The notes beneath the pieces were generated by a model that did no database searches, was not told the DNA's origin, and was given only the letters and a program-made list of their open reading frames with translations. Positions 9,865-22,862 of a DNA stretch of 64,000 nt are shown here, piece by piece (positions within the stretch are counted from its first letter, which is position 1; every line of letters starts with the position of its first letter). This stretch comes from Nitrospirota bacterium (lineage in GTDB: Bacteria; Nitrospirota; JACRHJ01). The stretch covers positions 64,001 to 128,000 of the forward strand of contig CAWJRJ010000014.1 of NCBI GenBank assembly GCA_963845245.1, in the 5' to 3' direction. A program made the translations under genes and the position numbers.

Positions 9865-10596
9865 CTACCGGGTGAACATATATCCGGTACCACGAACAGT
9901 CTTTATCCGTTCAAGGCCGTCCTGCCTGTTTCCAAGCTTCCTGCGCAAGCTGCTTACATGTACGTCCACGCTCCTGTCAAAGGGCGAGTAGCCGCGTCCC
10001 AAGGCATCATTTACTAAATCCTTGCGAGGCACCACCTTGCCTGCCGAGCGCATTAATACCTCCAAAATGTCAAACTCGACGGATGTTATCTCCACCGGGT
10101 TTCCTGAACGGCTGACTACCCGTGTCCCCTTGTCCAGTTCCATATCCCCAACGACAAGTCTCTCAGGGAGAGCAGATCCAGGATCTTCGCTGTTGGCCGG
10201 TTCGTACCTACGCTGGATTGCACGTATTCTTGCCACAAGTTCGCGCGGGTTAAACGGCTTGGGCAGGTAATCGTCAGCACCCATCTCAAGGCCGACGATC
10301 CTGTCCACATCGTCGCCACGCGCCGTCAACATGATAACCGGTATTTTCGAGCTCGCCCGTATCTGGCGCAGCACTTCAAACCCGCTCATGTCGGGAAGCA
10401 TTACATCAAGTACTACAAGAGAATATTCGCCAGAAAGCGCCAGTTCCAGGCCCTGTTTTGAGACGTTGGCCATCGCTACCTCAAATCCCTCTGGTTCGAG
10501 ATAGTCCTTGAGCAGTTCGCAAAGCTCTACGTCATCATCTATCACAAGCAGATTGTGCACAGGTAGGCCATCCCTCTTTATGTTTACATTTATCAT
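9865..10596 (-). CDS. CpxR-like OmpR-family response regulator (likely GTG start at 10560)
   Basis: IDDD, LDVMLP, GADDYLPKPF, winged helix DRSVDVHVSSLRRKL. Confidence 0.92.
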   Translation of the reverse strand: MINVNIKRDGLPVHNLLVIDDDVELCELLKDYLEPEGFEVAMANVSKQGLELALSGEYSLVVLDVMLPDMSGFEVLRQIRASSKIPVIMLTARGDDVDRIVGLEMGADDYLPKPFNPRELVARIRAIQRRYEPANSEDPGSALPERLVVGDMELDKGTRVVSRSGNPVEITSVEFDILEVLMRSAGKVVPRKDLVNDALGRGYSPFDRSVDVHVSSLRRKLGNRQDGLERIKTVRGTGYMFTR

Positions 10597-10633
10597 TACG
10601 CTTATATTCTATCAGAATAAACACCCGCATGTT

Positions 10634-10678
10634 GTAAAGAGTTGTAAAGAAACGTTAAGCCTGTTTACATATATTTAC
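10634..10678. promoter_or_regulatory. Two CpxR-type boxes GTAAA-N5-GTAAA in opposite orientations
   Basis: GTAAAgagttGTAAA 10634-10648; TTTACatataTTTAC 10664-10678. Confidence 0.75.
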
Positions 10679-10869
10679 CATTATTTGTCAACACTTAACC
10701 CCATTTTTACATGGTGCCTGATACACTCCTGATCAAGGTAGCATAAACCGTATGAGGGTGCGATGGATGAACAGGAATACATGGGCAATGGAACACTGCG
10801 GCAGAGAGCCTCCAGGACAGGACTACGGTATCCTGGGCGAAGTTCATCATTCATAAAGAGGAGGAAAAA

Positions 10870-11190
10870 ATGAAGAAGTGGTATTCAATCCCAGTAGCGT
10901 TAGCGGCGTTTTGTCTGCCGCTGTTCATGGCCTCGGGATCTTTAGCCGACCCCCGGCCTGATGGCAGCCAAGTGGAGAGGCCCGAAAGAGGAGCCCCGTC
11001 GTTCCCGTTCGAGAATATAGAGGGCTTCAGCGAGCTGTCGGCGGAGGATCAGGCGTATATCAGAACAGAGGTAGAAAAACTTAAAGGGCTTCCCCGCGAA
11101 GAGTTTATGGAAAAACTCAAGGCATTGTTAGCGGAAAAGGGGTTGAAGCTTCCCGCGCCTCCTGAACCACCAGCGAGAGGGAATAATTAA
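10870..11190 (+). CDS. Secreted small protein with one unrecognised helical repeat domain
   Basis: Signal peptide, GAGGAGG RBS, domain shared with the next gene. Confidence 0.8.
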   Translation: MKKWYSIPVALAAFCLPLFMASGSLADPRPDGSQVERPERGAPSFPFENIEGFSELSAEDQAYIRTEVEKLKGLPREEFMEKLKALLAEKGLKLPAPPEPPARGNN

Positions 11191-11264
11191 TGTCGGTTAT
11201 ATTATGGCCTGATACGCCCCCGGACAAATAGATAGAACCTAACCGAGAGTGTGAAGTAAGGAGA

Positions 11265-11906
11265 TTGAAAATGAAAAAGCGATTCTTTATCAGTGCAATA
11301 ATGACAGCGCTTGGTCTTCTGTTGTTTATGGCCTCAGCTTCGTTTGCAGAACCTGGTCACAATGGTAATCAGGCGGAGAAATGCTGCAAATGCGCGTCCT
11401 TTCCTCTTGACCGTATAGAGGGCTTCAGTGAGCTTTCAGTAAAGGATCAAGCATATATCAAGGCGGAACTTGAGAAGCTCAAAGGACTTCCTCCCGAGGA
11501 GTTTATCTATGAGTTCCAGGCCCTGCTTGACGAAAAGGGCTTAGAGCTACCGGAGCCGCCGGAGCCGGAATATGAGAGAGGCCCCGGGATGAGAAGATAC
11601 GATGAACGTCCTCTCCACGAAGGGCCTGGCAGAGAAGGGACGACGACGATGAATCACAGGATGGGCAGATTAGAAAGAGACGTTCTGTTTTCGCTTGAAA
11701 GCATAAAGGGCTTCCATGAGCTATCCGCGAAGGATCAGGCCTACATAAGGCGCGAGCTTGAAAAGCTTCTTAAAGAAAAGGGGCTGAGACTTCCAGCCCT
11801 GCGCGCGTATGAAGGTGAACCACGTCCTCCGTTTCCGGCAAGCGCCCGTAGTCGTCCGATGCCTCCGGAACCGTTCGATCCGGAAGGGGATACTGGCTCA
11901 AAATAA
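11265..11906 (+). CDS. Secreted protein with two copies of the same repeat domain
   Basis: Signal peptide; IEGFSELS.KDQAYI..ELEKL motif twice. Confidence 0.8.
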   Translation: MKMKKRFFISAIMTALGLLLFMASASFAEPGHNGNQAEKCCKCASFPLDRIEGFSELSVKDQAYIKAELEKLKGLPPEEFIYEFQALLDEKGLELPEPPEPEYERGPGMRRYDERPLHEGPGREGTTTMNHRMGRLERDVLFSLESIKGFHELSAKDQAYIRRELEKLLKEKGLRLPALRAYEGEPRPPFPASARSRPMPPEPFDPEGDTGSK

Positions 11907-12005
11907 TGGCACGGGCTGCGGCGGTTTTGGGATCCAGGGATTAACCGGTTACCAAAACCGTCGACCCTGCCTTGGCTGGCCAGCTTTCAAGAAGAGGAGA
12001 AGAGC

Positions 12006-12350
12006 ATGTATAACGAAATTTCCTGTAAGACATGCCGGGACAGACTGGCTTTATATTATTACAGAGAATTGGAACCTGCGGATGAAGCATGGGTCAGAGG
12101 ACACCTTGAATCCTGTACTTTATGTAGTACTGAAATGAACGAACTGGTCAAGGCCTTACAGGCTGTGGTTTTTATATTGAAGGCGTACGACGGGATGGAT
12201 ATCGAAAGCATAGCGGCCTTGTTTGGTATAAGCCCCGGCGCGGTGAAGTCGCATCTGGTTAGGGCTGTTGAAACCCTTAAAAAAGTTATGCATCAGCCCG
12301 GCGTACATGCGAAGGCCGCTTATATGCCGGATGGAGAAGATGAAAGATGA
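12006..12350 (+). CDS. zf-HC2 anti-sigma-like N-terminus fused to a sigma-70 region-4-like HTH
   Basis: CKTC...HLESCTLC, then VFILKAYDGM..SIAALFGISPGAVKSHLVRA. Confidence 0.6.
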   Translation: MYNEISCKTCRDRLALYYYRELEPADEAWVRGHLESCTLCSTEMNELVKALQAVVFILKAYDGMDIESIAALFGISPGAVKSHLVRAVETLKKVMHQPGVHAKAAYMPDGEDER

Positions 12351-13708
12351 AAAGATTTATTTCGGTGGTTTTGCTTCTCATGGTTATGCTTGCCGGAGCC
12401 GGAGAAGCCCTTGCCAATGAAACAACAGCGATAGCACTTACAATAAGAGGCGCGATAGACATTGCCCTTAAAAACAATACCGACCTAAAACTATCCGCAA
12501 GCCAGGTCGACTTGTCGCAGGTTAACGTGTCGAAGGCTAAGGCGAACTTCTATCCTAACCTCGTCTTGAACTCATCGGCATCTATCAGTCAGGAAAAGGT
12601 GCTTTCAGGGAATTCGGCAAGTGGCACGTTCAGGTCGGCAAACGCCGCGCTTTCCTCAAACCTGAACCTCTTCAACGGGTTTGCGGATACGGCGTCTTAT
12701 GAAAGGTCAAAGATTGAACTTTCGGCGAATGGGGAAGGCCTTTCGCGCACGAAACAAACTGCGGTATTCGACACAATTTCAAAGTTTACACTGGTTCTAA
12801 CCGACCTGGAACTGATAAAGGTCCAGGAGGAAAATCTGGACGAGAACCGCGAGTTGCTTAAGAAAATCGAAGCGTTCAATAAGGCGGGGAGCCGCCCGGT
12901 CAGTGACCTCTATAAACAGCAGGCGGACACCATGCAGTCTGAGCTTGACCTGCTGGACGCGCGCAGGAACATGGAGGTGGACAGGCTTCTTCTGGCCCAA
13001 GTTATAGGTCTTGCGCCAAATACGGCATTCTCAGTGGTTTCTTCGGAACTTAACGATACTGACTTTGGTAAGAAAGATTACGATAAAGTACAGGTCCTTG
13101 AGGCAGCCATTGATAAAAGGCCGGATATAAGCCAGCAGAAAAATCTGATTAAAGCGGCGGGAAAACAGGTTACTGAAGCAAAGGCAGGCTATTACCCTGC
13201 GGTATCCCTTACTGGCAGCATAGGGCCAAGCTTCAGTGACCAGGCTGGCGGAGGCGCGGCAGGGCAGACCTCAAGCAGCAGTGCGAGCGCTTCCATCGGG
13301 ATTACTATGAGCGTGCCAATATTCGACAGGTTTGTCACAAAGAGTAATGTAGCACAGGCGGAAATAAGCTCACGGCAAAAAGACCTTGACCTTGAAAAAC
13401 TCGAAAGAGAGGTTGTGGTAGAGGTCGGCCAGACCGTAGAGGACTATAACACTGCTCGCAAACAGGTGGCTGTCGCGGAGGCGCAACTCAAATACGCGCA
13501 CGAGACGGTTGTTTCAACTGAGGCCAGGTATGGCGTTGGGGCCTCTACCCTCCTTGACCTTGCGGACGCCAGGGCGAAGTACGTTGAGGCAAAATACAAC
13601 CGCATAAAGGCCGGGTACAGCCTTATTATCAAAGCGGTGTCGGTGGAATATTACATGGGCGGCCTGGATAGCATGATTGCGCTGGTCGCAAGCTCGGAGG
13701 ATAGATGA
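12347..13708 (+). CDS. TolC-family outer membrane efflux protein
   Basis: Signal peptide, two OEP repeats (ANFYP, AGYYP). Confidence 0.9.
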   Translation: MKRFISVVLLLMVMLAGAGEALANETTAIALTIRGAIDIALKNNTDLKLSASQVDLSQVNVSKAKANFYPNLVLNSSASISQEKVLSGNSASGTFRSANAALSSNLNLFNGFADTASYERSKIELSANGEGLSRTKQTAVFDTISKFTLVLTDLELIKVQEENLDENRELLKKIEAFNKAGSRPVSDLYKQQADTMQSELDLLDARRNMEVDRLLLAQVIGLAPNTAFSVVSSELNDTDFGKKDYDKVQVLEAAIDKRPDISQQKNLIKAAGKQVTEAKAGYYPAVSLTGSIGPSFSDQAGGGAAGQTSSSSASASIGITMSVPIFDRFVTKSNVAQAEISSRQKDLDLEKLEREVVVEVGQTVEDYNTARKQVAVAEAQLKYAHETVVSTEARYGVGASTLLDLADARAKYVEAKYNRIKAGYSLIIKAVSVEYYMGGLDSMIALVASSEDR

Positions 13709-14918
13709 AAATACCAGTAACTAAGAAAGTAATATACATGCTCCTTGTAGCGGGCCTTCTGCTTATCGCTTTGCTTGGCATGCATTATGTACACGGCCAC
13801 GCAAAGCAAAAAGGCCGATGACAACTCTTACCAGTTTGCCACGGTTACTCATGGCAAACTCGAACAGGTCATATCCAGCACCGGCACTATCGCGGCTGTG
13901 GGCACTGTCACTGTCGGTACGCAGATTTCGGGCACGATAGAAAAGGTTTTTGTAGATTACAACGACAAGGTGAAAAAGGGGCAGGTGCTTGCTGTACTCG
14001 ACAGGTCTCTTTACCAGGCGACAGTGGTGGATGCGGAGGCGACGCTCAAAAAAGCCAAAGCTGAATGCGCGCAGTCCGAGACTGAACTGGTAAGGCACAA
14101 GCCGCTCTATGAAAAGGGTTATATCTCGGAGCAAGAGTACCTTCCTTACGAGACGGACGTAGAGACCAAAAAGGCCACCGTCACATCTGCCGAGTCAGCA
14201 GTCAAGAGGGCAAGGACAAGCCTCGAATACACTGTAATACGTTCGCCAATTAACGGTACTGTCATATCAAGGAGTGTGGACAGTGGCCAAACCGTTGCGG
14301 CGAGCCTGAACACCCCGACCCTGTTCCAGATAGCCGAAGACCTCTCCAAGATGCAGATAGAGGTCAGCGTGGACGAAAGCGATATAGGGCAGGTCAGGCT
14401 TGGACAGGCTGTGCGGTTCACGGTGCAATCGTACCCGGACAATATGTTCTCAGGCACTGTCACACAGATACGCCTAAATCCGACAACAGTCCAAAACGTT
14501 GTGAACTACAAAATAATTGTCAAAGCGGCAAACGACGATGGGCTACTGCTACCGGGAATGACCGCAACCGCCGACTTCGTTGTCAAAACTGAAAAGGACG
14601 CGCTCCTAGTTCCAAACCAGGCGCTCGCGTTCAAACCGTTAGCCATAACCGGCGGCCAGGTGTCCTCCGGGAAGGAAACGGAAGCCAAGGATGACAAGGG
14701 TACACTGTACGTCTTGGACACAGACAACCGGATAAAGCCGGTGAAGGTCACGCCCGGAATATCTGATGGCACGATTACCGTAGTGCACGGAGAGATACAT
14801 GAAGGTAGATAAGGTAATAACCGGGGCCAAGACTGTAGAGACGGCTAAAAGCGGTAACCTGATGTCTAAAATTATGCCTAAACCGCCTAAAGGCGGGGCC
14901 GGGCCGGGAGGACAATAA
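13705..14918 (+). CDS. MacA-like membrane fusion protein, frameshifts near 13810 and 14806
   Basis: TM anchor in frame from ATG 13705, VGTQISG, IRSPING, LLPGMTA; C-terminus continues to TAA 14918 after a one-base shift. Confidence 0.85.
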
Positions 14919-15677
14919 ATGGATGCCATCGAATTAAGTGCAGTAAAAAAAGTTTTTAAGATGGGTGAAACGGAAGTGAGCGCTCTTCGTGGAGCTACGT
15001 TTAAAATATGCGCGGGCGAATTTGTAGCCATCATGGGGGCGTCCGGGTCCGGCAAGTCCACGCTCATGAATATACTTGGCTGTCTGGACAGGCCGACGTC
15101 GGGTGAATACATCCTGGACGGCATGGACGTAAGCGGCCTCGACGAATGGCAACTCGCGGATATACGTAATCAGAAGATAGGTTTCGTGTTCCAGGGCTTC
15201 AACCTTCTGGCCAGAACTTCCGCCATAGAAAACGTCGAACTCCCCCTTCTATACGACAGAAGCGGACGCATAAAAGACCCTGAGGCCAGAGCGCTTGAAA
15301 TGCTTGAACTGGTGGGCCTGGGTGGTAGGATACACCACGACCCGAACCAACTCTCCGGCGGCCAGCAGCAGCGTGTCGCAATCGCTAGGGCGCTTGTGAA
15401 CAGGCCCGCAATTCTCCTTGCCGACGAGCCTACCGGCAACTTGGACAGCCTGACAACCATTGAGGTTATGTCAGTCCTGCAGAAGCTTAACGACAATGGA
15501 ATAACCATAGTGATGGTTACGCATGAGCCGGATGTTTCGGTGTATGCTAAAAGAGTTGTCGTGATGCGTGACGGGGCGGTAATCAAAGACGGTCCGGTGA
15601 TGGGGCGCAAGGACGCGCTCGCGGACCTGACATCGGCGAAATTGGTTCGGGAAGAAGATGGGATATGCGTACCTTAG
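14919..15677 (+). CDS. MacB-type ABC transporter ATP-binding subunit
   Basis: [24 protein letters not shown]. Confidence 0.93.
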   Translation: MDAIELSAVKKVFKMGETEVSALRGATFKICAGEFVAIMGASGSGKSTLMNILGCLDRPTSGEYILDGMDVSGLDEWQLADIRNQKIGFVFQGFNLLARTSAIENVELPLLYDRSGRIKDPEARALEMLELVGLGGRIHHDPNQLSGGQQQRVAIARALVNRPAILLADEPTGNLDSLTTIEVMSVLQKLNDNGITIVMVTHEPDVSVYAKRVVVMRDGAVIKDGPVMGRKDALADLTSAKLVREEDGICVP

Positions 15678-15699
15678 AATATAGAGAGGCAGGGCAACC

Positions 15700-16914
<1,215 letters not shown>

Positions 16915-16992
16915 TATTGAGATACTTCACAGTAAAAAGGGCTTGTATCTATGCTGCAAGCCCATGTCTTTTGACGTGCTGAAAGGAAAGCT

Positions 16993-17223
16993 TTGCGAAA
17001 GCCCCTATGCCTGCTATCATAACCGATTGATTTTCGGTGAATTTTGGCTGGGGGACAGGGATTCGAAACCTAAAAAGCCAGTTTCACCAAATACCCGATA
17101 ATCAAGTAAATATCAACACTTACAAACAGTTAAACCAGACTACCATCTGGATTCAGTCCGTTAAAGTACGACAAAATACAGCTAAAATTGACATGTATTG
17201 CGAAAGTTTTGCGAAAGTCCGGG
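16993..17223. repeat. att-like junction 2: right arm (16993-17044), tRNA core (17045-17067), left arm (17068-17223)
   Basis: TTGCGAAAGCCCCT and TAACCGATTGATTTT shared with 29945-29986 at identical spacing; core and left arm match 7054-7232. Confidence 0.95.
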
Positions 17224-17421
17224 TGCATATGTGGCGCATAAAGGTCTAAATGGTTTGTAAATGTTTTTTAGGGTATGGAGGACTATAGGGCGCGAGGATT
17301 TCTTCGTTAGTCATTTGAAAGAATAAAAGAATCATATGCGGGTTGTCAGTTATGTACTGGGCGCACCTCTTGGCAAGAATTCGAGCGTCATGGTGGTAGG
17401 ATTAGATTGTTTTAACAGGTA

Positions 17422-17709
17422 TCATCCGCCTTCAATAGGTCCACCCTCCTCCCAGATGGATTTGCTGGATAAATTTTCAAGAGACGATTTAGTCTGTTCG
17501 AGTAGCTCATAGTCCAGGTTCTCCCCTGTCGCTATCTTCTCGAATACTGCTTTTGCATATGGGTTTTTGGCGTTCCTGGCCATGTCGGTGAAAATATCGA
17601 AATCCTCTCTCTTCATTCCCATCGCTAAGTCCAAGGCGTCTATGTCCGATGTAGCCGAGTTGGCGAGTCTGGTGTGAACAGCACTCTTCTTTGCTCTTGA
17701 GGAGTTCAT
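17422..17709 (-). CDS. Small ferritin-like/rubrerythrin-like protein (degenerate)
   Basis: DALDLAM.M......F...A......AKAVFEKIA.GE pattern; GAGG RBS. Confidence 0.55.
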   Translation of the reverse strand: MNSSRAKKSAVHTRLANSATSDIDALDLAMGMKREDFDIFTDMARNAKNPYAKAVFEKIATGENLDYELLEQTKSSLENLSSKSIWEEGGPIEGG

Positions 17710-17921
17710 GATATTACCTCGCATCGGGTAAGCTAATCGTTTTTTAACAAACTCTTAATGAAAAAGATACCAAAGCCCACCCAATGTGTCAAGGTAACCA
17801 GCCCTCAGTTCCCATGCTCAAACTTGTAAAAAAGCCGGACCCATGATATCTTTTAAGTGAATCTACTTTTTATTGTTTTTATTTCCAATAAAGTGTTCGG
17901 CTCTTCGTCAGAGGTACCTGG

Positions 17922-19682
17922 ATGATTGAGTTCGAAACTATCAAAAAACCTCTACACTCCTTGGCCATCCGGCCGAATATGTTGAATTACGAGAAAACGT
18001 GCGCCGCCTTTTCATGGGAAGATATCCGCCGCGAACTCAGCGGACCGTCCGCCGGCAAGGGCTTGAACATTGCCCACGAGGCGGTGGACCGGCATGCCCT
18101 CGGTCCGCTTCGAGACCGGCTTGCCATCCGCTGGCTTGGCAGGGACGGCACCGTAAAGGACTTCACTTACGGCGACCTCATGGAGCAGACAAGCCGTTTT
18201 GCCAATGTGCTGAGAAATTTGGGAATTAAAAAGGGCGACATGGTTTTCGTCCTGGCGGGCCGTATCCCGGAGTTATACATCGCTGCGCTTGGCACACTCA
18301 AAAACGGGAGCGTCTTCTGTCCGCTTTTCTCGGCATTCGGCCCAGAGCCTATCTTCCAGCGCCTGACCAAGGGTGAGGCGAAGGTCATTGTAACTACCGA
18401 GCGACTATACAAGAAAAACGTCGAAATATTGCGGGAGCGCCTGCCGCAGCTTAAACATGTCCTCCTGACTGACGTAAAGGAAAACATTGCTGAGGACGTC
18501 AGGTCACTCCCTAAAATGATGGCCCAGGCTCCCGGCGAGTTTGAAATACCGTTTACTGACCCCGAGGACATGGCTGTCCTTCACTTCACCAGCGGCACGA
18601 CAGGGATGCCTAAAGGCGCGGCACATGTGCATAACGCCGTGCTTACCCATTACATGACAGGGAAATATGTGCTGGACTTCCATGACGGAGACATCTTCTG
18701 GTGCACTGCGGACCCTGGCTGGGTTACAGGCACATCGTACGGAATCATCGCCCCATTGACGCACGGAGTGACAAGCATCATCGACGAGTCTGATTTTGAC
18801 GCGGAGCGCTGGTGCCGAATCCTGGAAAAACAGAAGGTGACCGTCTGGTACACCGCACCCACGGCGATAAGGATGCTTATGCGCACGAATATCGTGCCTT
18901 GCCGCGAGTACGATATATGTTGCCTGCGCCTTGTCCACAGCGTCGGGGAGCCGCTCAACCCGGAAGCCGTTGTATGGGGGGAAAAGGCTCTCGGGATGCC
19001 CATACACGATAACTGGTGGCAGACGGAGACCGGCGGGATAATGATCTCCAACTATGCCTCGATGGAGATACGCCCCGGATCGATGGGCAGGCCCCTTCCT
19101 GGCATTGAGGCCGCGATAGTGCGTCGCCTTGACGGGGACAGGCTGGAAGTCATTGATACACCCGGCGTCGAGGGCGACCTTGCGCTCAAGCCGGGCTGGC
19201 CATCCATGTTCAGGGGATATCTGCACGACGAGGAACGATACAGGAAATGTTTCGTGGACGGATGGTACATTACGGGGGACCTTGCCAGGAAAGATGCCGA
19301 CGGCTACTTCTGGTTCGTTGGTCGAGCGGATGACATAATCAAGACCTCCGGCCACATGGTGGGGCCTTTTGAGGTGGAAAGCGCGCTGCTCGAACACCCG
19401 GCGGTGGCCGAAGCAGGCGTCATAGGAAAGCCTGACCCTGTGATTGGGGAAATAGTCAAGGCGTTCATAGCCCTCAAGCCCGGCTATGAACCATCCGAAA
19501 GTCTGCGGCTGGAACTCATCGGCTTTGGCCGCACCAAGCTCGGTTCGGCCGTGGCACCAAAGGAGATAGCGTTTATAGAGAACCTGCCAAGGACCAGAAG
19601 TGGCAAGATCATGCGGCGGCTACTCAAAGCACGCGAGCTTGGGTTGCCGGAAGGCGACATATCAACATTGGAGGCAGGCTGA
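17922..19682 (+). CDS. acsA: Acetate--CoA ligase
   Basis: [31 protein letters not shown]. Confidence 0.9.
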   Translation: MIEFETIKKPLHSLAIRPNMLNYEKTCAAFSWEDIRRELSGPSAGKGLNIAHEAVDRHALGPLRDRLAIRWLGRDGTVKDFTYGDLMEQTSRFANVLRNLGIKKGDMVFVLAGRIPELYIAALGTLKNGSVFCPLFSAFGPEPIFQRLTKGEAKVIVTTERLYKKNVEILRERLPQLKHVLLTDVKENIAEDVRSLPKMMAQAPGEFEIPFTDPEDMAVLHFTSGTTGMPKGAAHVHNAVLTHYMTGKYVLDFHDGDIFWCTADPGWVTGTSYGIIAPLTHGVTSIIDESDFDAERWCRILEKQKVTVWYTAPTAIRMLMRTNIVPCREYDICCLRLVHSVGEPLNPEAVVWGEKALGMPIHDNWWQTETGGIMISNYASMEIRPGSMGRPLPGIEAAIVRRLDGDRLEVIDTPGVEGDLALKPGWPSMFRGYLHDEERYRKCFVDGWYITGDLARKDADGYFWFVGRADDIIKTSGHMVGPFEVESALLEHPAVAEAGVIGKPDPVIGEIVKAFIALKPGYEPSESLRLELIGFGRTKLGSAVAPKEIAFIENLPRTRSGKIMRRLLKARELGLPEGDISTLEAG

Positions 19683-19686
19683 AACC

Positions 19687-20685
19687 ATGCCGGAACCCAA
19701 AATTTCAGCGATGAAGCTCGAAAGAGAACAAGGCCTTCGCCTGCTCAAAATGATGGTGCTTATCAGGCGGTTCGAGGATAAGTCGGCCGAGCTTTATACC
19801 GCTACGAAAATACGCGGCTTCATGCACCTGTATAACGGCGAGGAGGCCGTGGCCGTGGGGGTTATGGAGTCCCTGAGGCCCGAGGACGCCGTTGTGGCCA
19901 CCTACCGCGAGCACGGACAGGCCCTGGCTCGGGGCGTTAGCGCTGGCTCCATTATGGCCGAGATGTACGGCAAGCTGGAGGGCTGTTGCCGGGGCCGCGG
20001 CGGTTCCATGCACATATTTGACGCCAATACGCGGTTCTATGGCGGGAATGCGATCGTCGGAGGAGGTCTCCCGGTCGCGGTGGGGCTGGCCCTTGCGGAC
20101 AGGATGCAGGGTAGGCAGTTGGTAACGTGCTGCTTTTTCGGCGATGGCGGGGCTGCGGAGGGCGCGTTCCATGAGTCAATGAACCTGGCTGCTCTCTGGA
20201 AACTCCCGGTCTTCTTTGTCTGCGAGAACAATCTTTACGCAATGGGTACCAGGATAAATTTTGCCCATGCCGTCACGGACCTTGCCAGAAAAGCATGTTC
20301 CTACGACATCGCCTCGGCTTCTGTGGACGGTATGGATGTACTCGCCGTGGAGTCTGCGGCAAAAGAGGCGGCAGAATTTGTGAGGTCCGGGGAAGGCCCT
20401 TATTTCCTGGAATGCCGCACGTACCGGTTCAGAGCGCATTCTATGTTCGACGCGGAACTTTACAGGACCAAAGAGGAAGTCGAGGAATGGAAGAAGCGCG
20501 ACCCCATTGAAGGCCTGGCCATCCGGATGAGGGCGCAGGGGCTCCTCGAAGATTCCGACATGGAACAGATCGAACGGGAGGTGACCGACATAGTTGACAG
20601 GTCCGTGGCATTTGCGGAGTCTGGAACATTGGAGCCTGTGGAGGAACTGACACGTTTCGTTTACTCTGACCGGAGACCAGCATGA
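19687..20685 (+). CDS. pdhA: Pyruvate dehydrogenase-type E1 alpha subunit
   Basis: GRGGSMH, GDG...N TPP motif, TYRFRAHS. Confidence 0.9.
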   Translation: MPEPKISAMKLEREQGLRLLKMMVLIRRFEDKSAELYTATKIRGFMHLYNGEEAVAVGVMESLRPEDAVVATYREHGQALARGVSAGSIMAEMYGKLEGCCRGRGGSMHIFDANTRFYGGNAIVGGGLPVAVGLALADRMQGRQLVTCCFFGDGGAAEGAFHESMNLAALWKLPVFFVCENNLYAMGTRINFAHAVTDLARKACSYDIASASVDGMDVLAVESAAKEAAEFVRSGEGPYFLECRTYRFRAHSMFDAELYRTKEEVEEWKKRDPIEGLAIRMRAQGLLEDSDMEQIEREVTDIVDRSVAFAESGTLEPVEELTRFVYSDRRPA

Positions 20686-21671
20686 ACGGCGGGGATACAG
20701 TCAAGATTACGTACCGTGAGGCCATGCGCGAGGCTATCCGGGAGGCGATGCAAAAGGACAGCCGCGTGTTCCTGATGGGCGAGGATGTCGGCCGCTACGG
20801 CGGGTGCTTCGCAGTGAGCAAGGGCCTGATGGGGGAGTTCGGCCCCGAGCGCATAAGGGATACCCCGTTATCGGAAAACGGTTTTGTCGGCGCGGGAATC
20901 GGCGCTGCAATGGGGGGTATGCGCCCGATAGTAGAGGTAATGACTGTCAACTTCAGCCTGCTGGCCCTGGACCAGATACTGAACAACGCCGCCACGTTCC
21001 TCCACATGTCGGGTGGCCTCTTCAACGTACCGCTCGTCATACGCATGGCGACCGGGGCGGGCAGGCAGCTGGCTGCTCAGCATGCGCACTCCCTTGAAGG
21101 CTGGTACGCACATATCCCAGGTATAAAGATCGTTACCCCCGCTACACTGGAAGACGCGCGCGGCATGCTTTGGACGGCTCTCGAGGACCCGGACCCTGTT
21201 ATCATATTCGAGAACAACACCCTCTACAACATGGAAGGTGAGCTTCCTGTGGACGCCGGCCCGGTCGATATCGACCATGCCCGTATCATCCGGCCGGGGC
21301 GCGACGTTACAGTCATCACATATGGCGCGAGCCTTTTCAAGGCGCTTGATGCGGCAGAAACCCTCTCTAAAGACGGGATCGAGGCAGAGGTTATAGACCT
21401 TCGCACGCTCAGGCCGCTTGACGATGATACATATCTGTCTTCAATATCCCGGACCCACCGCGCCGTAATCGTGGACGAGGGTTGGCGCACCGGCAGTATC
21501 TCGGCAGAGATAAGCGCGCGCATCATGGAGAAGGCATTTTACGAACTGGATGCCCCTGTCGAGAGAATATGCAGCGCCGAGGTCCCGATGCCTTATGCAA
21601 AACACATGGAACAGGCAGCACTTCCCCAGGTTGAGACGATAGTCGCCACTATAAAGAGGATGGTGCATTAA
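20682..21671 (+). CDS. pdhB: 2-oxoacid dehydrogenase E1 beta subunit
   Basis: [20 protein letters not shown]. Confidence 0.9.
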   Translation: MNGGDTVKITYREAMREAIREAMQKDSRVFLMGEDVGRYGGCFAVSKGLMGEFGPERIRDTPLSENGFVGAGIGAAMGGMRPIVEVMTVNFSLLALDQILNNAATFLHMSGGLFNVPLVIRMATGAGRQLAAQHAHSLEGWYAHIPGIKIVTPATLEDARGMLWTALEDPDPVIIFENNTLYNMEGELPVDAGPVDIDHARIIRPGRDVTVITYGASLFKALDAAETLSKDGIEAEVIDLRTLRPLDDDTYLSSISRTHRAVIVDEGWRTGSISAEISARIMEKAFYELDAPVERICSAEVPMPYAKHMEQAALPQVETIVATIKRMVH

Positions 21672-22862
21672 ATGGGTGAGTTCAGGATGCCCAGCCTTGG
21701 GGCGGACATGGATAAAGGCGCGCTGTCCGTCTGGCTTGTTGAGCCGGGAGACCCCGTCAAGCACGGTCAGGTCATCGCCGAGGTGGAAACAGACAAAGGG
21801 ATCATTGGCATAGAGGTATACGAAGACGGCGTTGTGGAGCGGCTAATAGTGGAACCGGGCACGGAAGTCCCTGTCGGTGAGGTTCTTGCGATGATACGCT
21901 CTGAAGGCGCCCAGACAAAATCTACGGCAACTGAGGCTCCGCCGCCTCCAACTGGCCCTGTAATTGAAGAAAAGGCGGTTCATGAAGTCAGGCAGCCAGG
22001 TCCTTCGGTTGGGCGCATTAAAATATCGCCCGCCGCCCGCAAAAAGGCTGAGGAGCTTGGGATAGACGCCAGTACGATGAAGGGTACGGGACAGGAAGGT
22101 AGCTTAACCCTTGCCGATGTCGAGCGAGCGGCAAAGGAGCAGGGGATGGCAAGGGAAGAGTCGACGCCTGAGGCTGTTAAACCTTCCGCGGGACTGGACA
22201 TGGCCGCGATGAGGAGGGCTATCGCGGCCGCGATGGCACGCTCCAACCGCGAGATACCACACTACTACCTTGAAACAGAGATAGACATGAGCCGCGCACT
22301 CAAGTGGCTCGAGGCGGAGAATTTAAAACGCCCGGTAAAGGATCGCATACTGCCGGTAGCTCAGTTGCTGAAGGCCGTGGCGCTTGCCCTGAAGGAAGTG
22401 CCGGAGCTGAACGGCTACTGGCTTGACGACCGAAACCAGCCCTTGGAGTCCATACATGTCGGGTTTGCGATCTCCATAAAGAAGGGCGGTTTGTTTGTGC
22501 CGGCAATCCACGATGTTGACAAAAAGGGCCTGGGGGAGTTGATGGAGGCGATGGGCGACCTTATTACGCGGACACGTGCCGGGAGGCTTCGGGGGTCTGA
22601 ACTTACCGATGCAACGATTACTTTCACGAGTCTGGGAGACCTTGGCGTGGAAGCCGTTTACGGAGTTATCTACCCGCCACAGGTCGCGCTTGTCGGCTTC
22701 GGCAGGATAACCGAACGTCCCTGGGCGGAAAACGGCATGCTCGGGGTACGACCTGCGGTTACCGTGACACTCTCGGGCGACCACAGGGCCACTGATGGGA
22801 TCGTTGGAGCGCGCTTTCTGGACACACTAAACCGCTACATGCAGGAACCGGATAAATTATGA
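21672..22862 (+). CDS. pdhC: Dihydrolipoamide acyltransferase E2
   Basis: Lipoyl ETDK, SPAAR binding domain, DHRATDG. Confidence 0.9.
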   Translation: MGEFRMPSLGADMDKGALSVWLVEPGDPVKHGQVIAEVETDKGIIGIEVYEDGVVERLIVEPGTEVPVGEVLAMIRSEGAQTKSTATEAPPPPTGPVIEEKAVHEVRQPGPSVGRIKISPAARKKAEELGIDASTMKGTGQEGSLTLADVERAAKEQGMAREESTPEAVKPSAGLDMAAMRRAIAAAMARSNREIPHYYLETEIDMSRALKWLEAENLKRPVKDRILPVAQLLKAVALALKEVPELNGYWLDDRNQPLESIHVGFAISIKKGGLFVPAIHDVDKKGLGELMEAMGDLITRTRAGRLRGSELTDATITFTSLGDLGVEAVYGVIYPPQVALVGFGRITERPWAENGMLGVRPAVTVTLSGDHRATDGIVGARFLDTLNRYMQEPDKL

